In this document: in pieces, positions 16,960-24,713 of the stretch
Numbering within the stretch: position 1 is the stretch's first letter
How the letters are laid out: each line of letters opens with the position of its first letter
IMG/VR virus record: IMGVR_UViG_3300044878_000083
Coordinates: 1-41,832 of that record
DNA: 41,832 nucleotides
Direction: 5' to 3' (one strand)
Source: a virus
Taxonomy: Duplodnaviria; Caudoviricetes
The notes under the pieces: generated by a model
The model's input: only the letters and a program-made list of their open reading frames with translations
Told to the model about the DNA's origin: nothing
Databases searched by the model: none
Position numbers and translations under genes: made by a program

Positions 16960-17934
16960 TCAGTCGTAGATGGCGCGGCCGCCGATGTCATTCGGTGCCG
17001 AGATCACACCGTCCTGCTCCATGCGCAGAATCATGGCTTCGGCGGTTTCTTCAGTGACGGCGAAGTTCGATTTCAGGAAGCTGACGCTGACTTTCTTTTC
17101 ACGCTGCACCAGCAGGATGGCATCGGCGTATTGGTCTTCGTCGAATGGTGCTGGCTCTTTCGATGGTTCTTCCTTGCCAGCAGAGCCATGGCCATGCTTT
17201 ACCTCGGCCACGGTCATCGGCCGCTGATCTGCCGGGATCAAAGTGCGCAGGCCTTCGTCATCCGGCTGGCTGATGATGCCGTTGCTGGCCAGGGTCAGGA
17301 TGATGTCGGTGACGTCCTTGCGCTTGACGCCAGCCGCCACCTGAATGGCCTTGGCGCTGATCTCGCCGCCGTTGGTGACGTGGATGAAGGCCAGTTCATA
17401 CGGTGAAACAGGATCATCAGGAACAACCGTGGCTGTGAGTCCGGTGCCTTTCACTGACTCGTCGGCCAGCTGCTGCAGCGCGCCCAGTGGGTTTTCCTCC
17501 AACGGCAAATCGTTCTGGTCCTTCTGCGGTTTATTGCTGTCCAGCGCGTCGTAGTATTCATCAGGCGCCAGCACCAGCAGTGCCCGGTGGTTGACGGTGT
17601 CGGTCAGCGCATGGCGTTGCGGGTCGCTGGTGTCGACGTCGGACACCACACGGATGGTCTTGCCGGCAACCATCACACTTTTCACAGTGGTGACGATTGC
17701 AGATCGGCCATTGGCGGCGATCACGGCCACGGCCGAACTGATCAGATCCTTCACCGCGTCGTTCAGGTCGTCGATCAGCTTGGCTTCCTGATTTTCCTTC
17801 AGCTTGGTGTTCTTTCGCACGGCGGTCATCACCGCTTCCACCAGATCGCGGGCAATGAATTTTTCAGAAAACTCATGCGCCGGAACGCCCATCATGCGCG
17901 CTTGTTCGATCAGTTCTTTTTCTTGCAGGTTCAT
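16960..17934 (-). CDS. Phage protein with two FtsK-gamma-like winged-helix domains
   Basis: YADAILLV...VSVSFL...MEQDGVISAPNDIGGRAI plus an earlier degenerate copy (NGIISQPDDEGLRTLI). No ATPase motifs. Confidence 0.75.
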   Translation of the reverse strand: MNLQEKELIEQARMMGVPAHEFSEKFIARDLVEAVMTAVRKNTKLKENQEAKLIDDLNDAVKDLISSAVAVIAANGRSAIVTTVKSVMVAGKTIRVVSDVDTSDPQRHALTDTVNHRALLVLAPDEYYDALDSNKPQKDQNDLPLEENPLGALQQLADESVKGTGLTATVVPDDPVSPYELAFIHVTNGGEISAKAIQVAAGVKRKDVTDIILTLASNGIISQPDDEGLRTLIPADQRPMTVAEVKHGHGSAGKEEPSKEPAPFDEDQYADAILLVQREKKVSVSFLKSNFAVTEETAEAMILRMEQDGVISAPNDIGGRAIYD

Positions 17935-17975
17935 AGGCAAAGCCCCATTGGTTTGGTGTGTTGTGGTGTTATGCC

Positions 17976-18018
17976 AGCATAATTGCCACTACGGAATTCG
18001 TCAATCAATTTGCCACTA
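17976..18018 (-). promoter_or_regulatory. Sigma70 promoter with overlapping TTGCCACTA operator-like repeats
   Basis: TTGACG (18004-17999), 17-nt spacer, TATGCT (17981-17976). Plus-strand AATTGCCACTA at 17981 and AATTTGCCACTA at 18007. Confidence 0.75.
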
Positions 18019-18318
18019 TTAAAGCTTTAAAATTCCGTCTTTTATCAGTGCGTCAAGCGTGCGGAAGCAGCCTTCCGCGTGCATCAGCCTGAGCTCTTCT
18101 TGCGTGTAATCGGACTTGGCTCGTCCGTCGATGGCGTCGTGACAGCCAGAGCATGACCATGCTCCTTGCAGATCGTTGGGTTTGTAGCCGGTGCCACAGG
18201 TTCCGGCCAGTCGGTAATGCGCCAGAACCACAGTTTCAGGGTTGCCATTGCAATGACCTGGAACGCGGATCTGGCAATCACGGCCGCGTGCAGCCTTGGT
18301 AATTCGGTTTTGTTTCAT
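18019..18318 (-). CDS. DUF1364/YbcO-like nuclease-domain protein
   Basis: AARGRDCQIRVPGHCNGNPETVVLAH...CSGCHDAIDGR. Confidence 0.88.
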   Translation of the reverse strand: MKQNRITKAARGRDCQIRVPGHCNGNPETVVLAHYRLAGTCGTGYKPNDLQGAWSCSGCHDAIDGRAKSDYTQEELRLMHAEGCFRTLDALIKDGILKL

Positions 18319-18902
18319 GCAAAAGTCCCGAGTAAATCGGCGGCCGACATCGCTTCCGCCTCAGTTTCGAAATGTGATTGCAGGACTAGGCGCCAGCAGG
18401 TGGCAAAAACGTCCTTGTACAGCGCTTCAAATGCAACGTCGTCCATCTTCGCCCAGCTGATCGACTTCGGCCGCTTCTCGATGCCGGCCGGTGTCTGCAC
18501 CAGCGTGAAGTGGCCGGCTTCGACGGTTACCCATTCGCGGAACGCCTCGCGGCTTTTCTCCACCACCGGGAAGCGCTGCATGCGGTCCTGTTCCAGCTGA
18601 TCGATGTAGGCCTGCACGGCATTGGTCAGCTGCCCAGGCCTGCCGTTGATCTCTTCGAAGTACCTGGCCAGCCCATGGATGCCGCGCAGCTCCTGGCGCG
18701 GTATCAGTCCGCCGACCGGCTCCCAGTAATCGAACGCCAGCGTCAGCAGCGCGAAGAACTTGCCGTGGAACTTCGCGTTCCGCATCTTCTTGAAGTCGCC
18801 GTGCACCGTGGCGCCGTATTTCAGTTTTGAAATCAGCTCACGGTCGGCATCGGTGGCGCCGACCAGGCCATTGGCAGTTCGAACAAGGGCAAGGTCGGCC
18901 AT
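18315..18902 (-). CDS. DUF1367-family (Nin-region) protein
   Basis: RNAKFHGKFFALL...YWEP...AFREWVTVEAG...PKSISWAKMDD. Confidence 0.85.
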   Translation of the reverse strand: MADLALVRTANGLVGATDADRELISKLKYGATVHGDFKKMRNAKFHGKFFALLTLAFDYWEPVGGLIPRQELRGIHGLARYFEEINGRPGQLTNAVQAYIDQLEQDRMQRFPVVEKSREAFREWVTVEAGHFTLVQTPAGIEKRPKSISWAKMDDVAFEALYKDVFATCWRLVLQSHFETEAEAMSAADLLGTFA

Positions 18903-18904
18903 GG

Positions 18905-19522
18905 TCAGATCCCCAGCACGCGGTTCATGCGCTCTTCAAGGATCTCGTAGAAGGTCTTCACGCGCTCCTGCATCTTGCGGATCAGCGCTTCGTCGCGGTA
19001 CATGCGCTTGATGAACAGTGGCATGCCTGGGCAGTAGCTGATGAAGTCGATCCACTCGCGATCCGAAAGCCATAGACCACCCTGGCACTGCGCAACGTGT
19101 TCATTCGGAACGGCGTCAGACAGGATGATGTCGACCTGGAATTTAGGCAGCTTGGTTTTGATCTCGTTCAGGCCGTCCACCCCAACCAGCGAATCAGGAC
19201 TGTAGCCGCAACCGTGATTCAGGATGATTGCCACCTGATCGCATTCCAGATCGGTTTGCGCCAGATACAAGGCGCGGGCCTTGGGTTCCAGTTCATGGCC
19301 GCGCTCGGTGTGCTTGTTACCTTCAAAGGCATCCGCCGATTCGCCGGTGATGCGCTCGCCAATCAAGATGTTCATGTAGGTGATGGCACCAGCGCCAAAT
19401 CCTGCAATCCCTTTGCCGTCGACCAGTAGGCTTTGTATCTCCGACATGGTGACGATACCGGCTCGCAATGCGTGCCACTCGGGCGATCCTTGTTCCAGGT
19501 CGCGGATGATTTGCATGCCCAT
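18905..19522 (-). CDS. YqaJ/lambda-exonuclease family nuclease
   Basis: QGSPEWHALRAG, RGHELEP, SPDS, EIK and QCQ motifs. Confidence 0.92.
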   Translation of the reverse strand: MGMQIIRDLEQGSPEWHALRAGIVTMSEIQSLLVDGKGIAGFGAGAITYMNILIGERITGESADAFEGNKHTERGHELEPKARALYLAQTDLECDQVAIILNHGCGYSPDSLVGVDGLNEIKTKLPKFQVDIILSDAVPNEHVAQCQGGLWLSDREWIDFISYCPGMPLFIKRMYRDEALIRKMQERVKTFYEILEERMNRVLGI

Positions 19523-20295
19523 TATGCGTTCCCCTCTTGCGCGGCTTTGGCCGCTTTCGCTGCTTTAGAAATTGAGTTGTTCAGGCCAGCCACTACGCCG
19601 TCAAAGGCTGACTTCGCGATCTGGCCAGGGTCGCCATACATCTTTTCGAAGTTGGTGTGGACGGCTTCGCTGCACTTGTCCAGAAGCGCTTGCACCTGGC
19701 GCGCTTGTGCTGGCGTGATCAGCTGTTCTGCATCATCGACATAGCCGTCGTTGTCGTTGTCGTCGCCGCTGGTGATGTTCAGCAGGGCGCACATCACGTA
19801 GCGCTTGCCATAGGTGGTGGTGGAGCCGACCGACTGCACAGCACTGCGACCGGCGCCTGTATCCAGCGGCAGGATCATGGTTGTCTCTTCGCGGTGGCCG
19901 GCCTTGTGCATCAGCATGCCGGTGATGCTGACACCGTTGGATTGGTTGACGATCTTGAACGAAACGCCAAAGCCGAACCTGGCCATGACTGGGCGAACGG
20001 CTGAATTGATGTCGTCCAGATCGGCATACATCTTTTTCGTGTGGGTGTTCTCGGTGCGCTTTTCCACCGATGGCATGGCGCATTGCATTTCAGCAAAGGC
20101 CGCGTTGAAGGCTTCCAGCGCGCTCTTGGCTTCCATGCGCTCTTGCAGCGCCATCAGGCGTTCCAGCTTTTCCATGTCGCAGCGTGGGTCCAGGGCCAGC
20201 CGGCTGATGGTCGACAGCATGCTGACCTCTTGGCCCTGTTGCTGGATCGATACCGATTGGTGCCGCTCTTCCGGCATGATGATTTCTTGGGACAT
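19522..20295 (-). CDS. erf: ERF-family ssDNA annealing protein
   Basis: YADLDDI...HKAGH...QSVGSTTTYGKRY...DNDG. Confidence 0.9.
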   Translation of the reverse strand: MSQEIIMPEERHQSVSIQQQGQEVSMLSTISRLALDPRCDMEKLERLMALQERMEAKSALEAFNAAFAEMQCAMPSVEKRTENTHTKKMYADLDDINSAVRPVMARFGFGVSFKIVNQSNGVSITGMLMHKAGHREETTMILPLDTGAGRSAVQSVGSTTTYGKRYVMCALLNITSGDDNDNDGYVDDAEQLITPAQARQVQALLDKCSEAVHTNFEKMYGDPGQIAKSAFDGVVAGLNNSISKAAKAAKAAQEGNA

Positions 20296-20305
20296 TGGTA
20301 GGGCC

Positions 20306-21373
20306 TCAGAATGAAATGGTGACGTTCGGCACTTCGCCGCGGGCGATCTTCAGCACGATGGCCTTGGCCAGTTCTTCGCTGATGTTCATGCCCACGAAAG
20401 CTTCTTTGGCGGCCTTAAGCACTTTGCTTTTGTGTTCGACATCGGCCTGACGCAGCTGGGCCTGGCGCTCTTCTTCAGCCTTCTCGTCTGCCTGGCGCTG
20501 GCGTTCGGCTTGGGCTGTCTGTTCGGCGCGTGCAGCGGAATCACGCTCGGCCTGCTCAGCGCGCTGATTGGCTTCCAGGCGTTCGCGCTCGGCTCTTTCG
20601 GCCTGAAGTTTCAATTCATTTTCCCGGCGCTCAGCGGCCAGTTGCTCATCACGTACCCGCTGCGCCTCGGCATCACGGTCGCGCTGGGCCTTTTCTTCAG
20701 CTTCGCGGGTGGCCTTCTCGGCTGCCTCGCGGGCAATCTGGTCTTCGCGGTCTTTCTGCTCGCGTTCTTCGGCCTGCTTGCGCAGCTTGGCCAGTTCGGC
20801 TTGCTCGGCTTCGTACTTCTCGCGCTTGGCCAGTTGGGCATTCAGCGATTCGATGGCGGCGGCCTTGGCACGATGCGCTTCGGCTTCGAACTCCTCCCAA
20901 TTCTCACCGACGTTGATGCCTTGAACCTTTTCCAGGGTTGCTTTCAGTTCGGTTGAATCCAGATCGGAATTTTCGGTTGCGCGCAATTTGAACCAGTCGA
21001 TGCCGTTTTGCAGCTTGGTTACCCGCGCCGTCTCGGCCGCTTCCCATTCATCCAGTGGCTTGCGCACTTCGTCCTTCCAGGCATCCAGCAGATCACGCAT
21101 GCGCTTGCGCTCGGCGTCGATCTTCTTCGGGACATCCTTCAGTTCGGCCACCAGCTCTTTGCCGATGTTGTCCAGCGCAGTCTTGGAGCGGGCGACCTTG
21201 TGCGCGATTGAGGCGATGGCCTCGCGGCCTTTGCGGGTGCTGATGTCTGGCGTGAAGCCATCGATCTCGGCGCGGATCTGCGCCAGGTACGGATCAAGGC
21301 CTTGCGGCGCGCTGAAGACGACCAGTGCGTTTTCTTTTGTCGGAGTTGTAGCGACTTCTGTTGCAGTTGTCAT
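20306..21373 (-). CDS. Conserved phage coiled-coil protein
   Basis: TRKGREAIASIAHKVARSKT N-terminus and a long E/A/R-rich coiled coil, upstream of the recombination genes. Confidence 0.8.
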   Translation of the reverse strand: MTTATEVATTPTKENALVVFSAPQGLDPYLAQIRAEIDGFTPDISTRKGREAIASIAHKVARSKTALDNIGKELVAELKDVPKKIDAERKRMRDLLDAWKDEVRKPLDEWEAAETARVTKLQNGIDWFKLRATENSDLDSTELKATLEKVQGINVGENWEEFEAEAHRAKAAAIESLNAQLAKREKYEAEQAELAKLRKQAEEREQKDREDQIAREAAEKATREAEEKAQRDRDAEAQRVRDEQLAAERRENELKLQAERAERERLEANQRAEQAERDSAARAEQTAQAERQRQADEKAEEERQAQLRQADVEHKSKVLKAAKEAFVGMNISEELAKAIVLKIARGEVPNVTISF

Positions 21374-21412
21374 GCGGATAATCCCCATTATCAGGCGCCG
21401 GATTTGCGCTGC

Positions 21413-21450
21413 GTTGCCACTATAATTGCCATCACCAATGATGGCAATTG
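21413..21450 (-). promoter_or_regulatory. Sigma70 promoter overlapped by an inverted AATTGCCATCA operator
   Basis: TTGCCA (21447-21442), 17-nt spacer, TATAGT (21424-21419). Palindrome AATTGCCATCA-CCAA-TGATGGCAATT. Confidence 0.78.
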
Positions 21451-21452
21451 AA

Positions 21453-21656
21453 TTATTCGATTTCGGCAGAAATAACCGCGTGCATCATCCGGCTCATGGC
21501 CTCGATGGCGCGCTTGAAGATCATCACGCGGTCGATGGCGCGGGCCCAGCGCTGGCGCTCGATGATCTCAAACAGCTCGATCTCGCCGCGCTGGCACTTC
21601 AGCAGGTAGAAGTTTTCGCCTTGCGTGCAGGCCCAGGTGATGCGGTGTGCGCTCAT
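21453..21656 (-). CDS. Hypothetical protein
   Basis: 67 aa, ATGA-coupled to the upstream gene. Confidence 0.55.
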   Translation of the reverse strand: MSAHRITWACTQGENFYLLKCQRGEIELFEIIERQRWARAIDRVMIFKRAIEAMSRMMHAVISAEIE

Positions 21657-21856
21657 GTTCTGCGCTCCAGCGAGTCCTTTCCGATCCATGGTGAGGCGCG
21701 CTCCATTTGCCCCCTATCAGGGCACCAGACGCCGGCGCGGTAAATGGGTTCGTACTGGAACCAGCTCCATACAAAATTGCTGTCCATCGCCAGGAACTTG
21801 GCCCACTTCGGCGCCTCGGCCCAATCCGGCTTCGGTGATTGGAATGGCGGGCTCAT
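21653..21856 (-). CDS. Hypothetical phage protein
   Basis: PDWAEAPKWAKFLAMD...SLERR motif common in phage early genes, coupled. Confidence 0.7.
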   Translation of the reverse strand: MSPPFQSPKPDWAEAPKWAKFLAMDSNFVWSWFQYEPIYRAGVWCPDRGQMERASPWIGKDSLERRT

Positions 21857-22557
21857 TGATTCAGCTCCTTGACCTTGTCGAGCAATGCTTCGGCGGCTAG
21901 CTCAGCAGCGGTGTAGTAGTTCGCTCCGGGTATCAGATCGGCCGCCCTGGCGGCGCGACTTATCAGGTAGCGCAAATCGTCTGGCGATGGCAGCACCACC
22001 GATACCGGCGCGGGCTGCGAGGTGAACAGCGGCTCAGAATGGCTACCGTCTGGACTTTTGCGGAACAGTTCCGCTACGTCCTTTCGTGTTGTTGTAAACC
22101 AGTCACTCAAATCTGACACGCGGAATCGCCATGCCACCGGCTCCCCCTGCCCACCCTTCAGCCGCTCGATTTCAGCGCGCTGATCGCAGACGACCTTCCA
22201 ATGCTCCGCGATGCCTTCGCGCAACTTATCGATGGTGGCTTGCAGTTCGGCGAATTCGGGCAAGGCATAGATTGCGGCGCGCGCTTGCCACACTTCCCAA
22301 TGTCCCTGGACGCTTGGTCTTTGATATTCAGACTCAGGATGCGAACCCCTTCGGCTAAGATCCGGCTGAAATCTATCGGCCTGATCGATACAGAATTTTT
22401 CGAATGCTGCACGCTCGTTTACCGGCTGGTGCTCAACGACAGGGGCGGCGAGTAGGGCGATAGCCTCGCGAATTGTGTTTCGGTCTTTCATGAAAGTCAG
22501 GTCTTGCGCAATGTCTTCAAGACGATCCGCCAGGGGCACGTCAATCTTACTGCTCAT
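21853..22557 (-). CDS. Hypothetical mosaic early protein
   Basis: 234 aa with ERAAFE..WQARAA and EPVAW..EPLF modules, coupled at both ends. Confidence 0.75.
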   Translation of the reverse strand: MSSKIDVPLADRLEDIAQDLTFMKDRNTIREAIALLAAPVVEHQPVNERAAFEKFCIDQADRFQPDLSRRGSHPESEYQRPSVQGHWEVWQARAAIYALPEFAELQATIDKLREGIAEHWKVVCDQRAEIERLKGGQGEPVAWRFRVSDLSDWFTTTRKDVAELFRKSPDGSHSEPLFTSQPAPVSVVLPSPDDLRYLISRAARAADLIPGANYYTAAELAAEALLDKVKELNQ

Positions 22558-22883
22558 TCGCTTGCTCCCGATTCGGTGGGATTTAGTTTTTCGCGCCGGT
22601 AGATTTCGGCAAGCGTATCGGTAGCCAGAAGCGCGGCATCAGTGTCCTTGCAACCTTCGATTTCATTAAGGGCGTTCCGCATTTCTTGGCAATCTGCAAG
22701 TCGGCGCGTCGATCTTTTCCGCCATGCGTCTCGATCTTCGGTTACCTTGGCCAGCTCTTCCCGCAGCGCCGCCAGCTGACGATCATGATCGTCAGCCCGA
22801 ACCATCAAAACTTCGCCGTCATGAAGATTTCCGCCGATACACAGCGCGGTTTCGATGACCGCATAACGCATTACTTCACTCAT
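22554..22883 (-). CDS. Hypothetical protein
   Basis: 109 aa, GAGGA RBS. Confidence 0.7.
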   Translation of the reverse strand: MSEVMRYAVIETALCIGGNLHDGEVLMVRADDHDRQLAALREELAKVTEDRDAWRKRSTRRLADCQEMRNALNEIEGCKDTDAALLATDTLAEIYRREKLNPTESGASE

Positions 22884-22912
22884 ACTTCAATCCTCAGTAA
22901 GTTGCAGCGGGG

Positions 22913-23020
22913 TTAGCGGGTTGCGCGAACCTTCGCCTTGTGAATTTCCCGGCACACCAGCGCCGCGACGATTACGGACACCACCGGCCAGCAGGCGGCG
23001 GCGTAGATTAGGTATTTCAT
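22913..23020 (-). CDS. Small membrane peptide (35 aa)
   Basis: MKYLIYAAACWPVVSVIVAALVC..., ATGA-coupled to the upstream gene. Confidence 0.5.
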   Translation of the reverse strand: MKYLIYAAACWPVVSVIVAALVCREIHKAKVRATR

Positions 23021-23277
23021 TCTTTTAGGCCTTTCAGCTTCAGGAGGTTGAACACGCCACGGCCAGTCTTTCCGCCGCGAACTATGAACTTTCCAGTACC
23101 TGGCCAGAAGTCGACAGTGATCGAGGCGCCATAAACGATCAGGTGGGCGGCGGCATTCTTCGAATCGAAGCGGATGCCATTGTCGGCCAGAATCTTTGCG
23201 CTGTTCTCTCGATTCCCTGCGCGGCGCTGCTGAGACTCTTGCTTCAGACATCCGAAAATTTCTACTGCTTCTCTCAT
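23017..23277 (-). CDS. Hypothetical phage protein
   Basis: HLIV...DFWPGTGKF...GRGVFNLL motif, coupled. Confidence 0.75.
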   Translation of the reverse strand: MREAVEIFGCLKQESQQRRAGNRENSAKILADNGIRFDSKNAAAHLIVYGASITVDFWPGTGKFIVRGGKTGRGVFNLLKLKGLKE

Positions 23278-23426
23278 AGCGGCTCTCCAAAATCTGTTTC
23301 GGGCGGATCAAAGTCATCGAACGCTTTCTGTCTGCGCTCGGCGTCGGTTAGGCCGTCTTCCGGCTCGTCGTCATCTGGCGGATCGAGTGGCGGTCCGCCG
23401 ACGTAAAAACGGTTAGTTGGCTTCAT
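23274..23426 (-). CDS. Small acidic Pro-rich protein (50 aa)
   Basis: Fills the operon gap, about 30% Asp/Glu. Start uncertain. Confidence 0.55.
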   Translation of the reverse strand: MKPTNRFYVGGPPLDPPDDDEPEDGLTDAERRQKAFDDFDPPETDFGEPL

Positions 23427-23613
23427 TGGACTCAGTTTCCGGATCTCGCGCATCAATCAACAAAAGCCGTGGGTCGATATGGCACTGAAGCATGCGCAGC
23501 TGGTCATCTACCTGGATTCTCGATTGCTCAGACCAGATTCGAAGCGCAAAGGCTTCGGTGCCATTCTCTGCTGTTATGGTGAGCACGCCATAGCTGCTCA
23601 TGGTCGCTTTCAT
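23413..23613 (-). CDS. Hypothetical protein
   Basis: 66 aa, TGATG coupling, GGGGA RBS. Confidence 0.6.
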   Translation of the reverse strand: MKATMSSYGVLTITAENGTEAFALRIWSEQSRIQVDDQLRMLQCHIDPRLLLIDARDPETESNEAN

Positions 23614-23849
23614 CAGTAAATCCCCGCTGCCTTGCCAAACCACGCGCCGAACATGGTCAGCGTGCCGGCTATGATCAGCGTGCCGACCACGATGCCGGCG
23701 ATGGTGCGGCGTTTCGCTGCCGCTGGCATTGGTGGCGTGGTCGTATCCAGCGGAATCTGGTCGTCGATGGTCAGCGCGTAGCCTTTGGCGCGCCAGTGAG
23801 CCAGGTAAGAAAGATCTTTCCGGGTGCAGCGCTTGGCTTGGGTTCTCAT
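23613..23849 (-). CDS. Hypothetical protein with C-terminal TM
   Basis: 78 aa, AAGGAG RBS, coupled. Confidence 0.65.
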   Translation of the reverse strand: MRTQAKRCTRKDLSYLAHWRAKGYALTIDDQIPLDTTTPPMPAAAKRRTIAGIVVGTLIIAGTLTMFGAWFGKAAGIY

Positions 23850-24064
23850 GCTTGCTCCTTGAGATCTGGCCGGGTTGCCTTGATCAGCTCAACCCATGCC
23901 AGTTCATTGCCGTGTTCGATTTGCGTCAGGTCGCCGCGCAGCAGGGCGTAATTCAGCATGCCGGTGGCGCTGTCGATGTTTCTGGTGGCCAGCACCAGCG
24001 ATTCACTTGTTGCCGCCTGGTGCTTGCACAGTTCCAGCAGGTCGCGGCATGCGGTCGGGATCAT
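23846..24064 (-). CDS. Hypothetical early protein
   Basis: 72 aa from the ATG at 24064, AAGGA RBS. Confidence 0.65.
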   Translation of the reverse strand: MIPTACRDLLELCKHQAATSESLVLATRNIDSATGMLNYALLRGDLTQIEHGNELAWVELIKATRPDLKEQA

Positions 24065-24156
24065 TGCTTGGTTCCTTGTCTGGTGTAGCCAACCACCGGC
24101 TTCGGTGACTTGGCGTCTCGGGTCATGAAGAGGCAGAAGATCGTGAAGGCGAGCAT
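24061..24156 (-). CDS. 31-aa first early peptide MLAFTIFCLFMTRDAKSPKPVVGYTRQGTKQ
   Basis: GAGGGA RBS, first ORF after the leftward promoter, ATGA-coupled to the next gene. Absent from the ORF track. Confidence 0.55.
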   Translation of the reverse strand: MLAFTIFCLFMTRDAKSPKPVVGYTRQGTKQ

Positions 24157-24195
24157 TTTCGTTCCCTCTGGTTGTGATCCTTGTTGCTGAGGCGA

Positions 24196-24224
24196 ACTGT
24201 AGATACGACATCAATACAAGTCAA
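24196..24224 (-). promoter_or_regulatory. Leftward early sigma70 promoter
   Basis: TTGACT, 17-nt spacer, TACAGT. Confidence 0.75.
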
Positions 24225-24233
24225 TTGGTAATT

Positions 24234-24251
24234 TCAACCTTTTACGGTTGA
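24234..24251. promoter_or_regulatory. Palindromic operator between the divergent promoters
   Basis: TCAACC-N6-GGTTGA overlapping the rightward -35, with an extra half site ACGGTTG at 24260. Confidence 0.55.
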
Positions 24252-24276
24252 CCATGCGCACGGTTGCGTATATTGT
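24248..24276 (+). promoter_or_regulatory. Rightward early sigma70 promoter
   Basis: TTGACC, 17-nt spacer, TATTGT. Confidence 0.75.
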
Positions 24277-24311
24277 TCGGCTCAATTGACCACCACTGAA
24301 AGGAATGAAAG

Positions 24312-24512
24312 ATGAATGTTGGTAAAAGCCTGAAGATGGCTCTGGCGAAGCGGGACATGAACCAGACTCAGCTGGCCGAAAAGATGAAGTGCACCCAGGT
24401 ATGGATCAACCGGCTGGCCAACAGCGAAAGCGCGTCGATGGCCACCGTCACACAGCTGTCTGAATCGCTCGACATGAAGGTCAGCGAATTTCTGGCGCTC
24501 GGGGAGGATTGA
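24312..24512 (+). CDS. Cro-like XRE HTH regulator
   Basis: 66 aa, MNQTQLAEKMKCTQVWINRL, first rightward gene. Confidence 0.85.
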   Translation: MNVGKSLKMALAKRDMNQTQLAEKMKCTQVWINRLANSESASMATVTQLSESLDMKVSEFLALGED

Positions 24513-24703
24513 GCATGGACCTGACACTGTTACCAACCAAAAAAACAATTGCTCGCTGGGATGCCGGCCTGCTGGCCATTGCACAGGGTAATTCCGTCGT
24601 AGAGCTGACTCCTGATCAGGCCGTTGAGCTCTACAAATTCATCGGGCAGACCATGATCCCGGCAGCGGTTATCTCTGGCGAGCGCCAAGACCTCGGCGAA
24701 TAG
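24509..24703 (+). CDS. Hypothetical protein
   Basis: 64 aa, GGAGG RBS, between cro and the initiator. True start may be ATG 24515. Confidence 0.65.
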   Translation: MSMDLTLLPTKKTIARWDAGLLAIAQGNSVVELTPDQAVELYKFIGQTMIPAAVISGERQDLGE

Positions 24704-24713
24704 GCGGGATGCC

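Noticed and set aside
24200-24300. dif-like attP for XerCD integration, prompted by the FtsK-gamma protein
   Set aside because: I saw no XerD arm (TTATGTTAAAT-like) here or in the other intergenic regions read by eye. A formal scan is still needed.
24282-24584. Possible CI repressor opposite cro
   Set aside because: It fully overlaps the cro-like gene on the other strand and lacks HTH or peptidase features.
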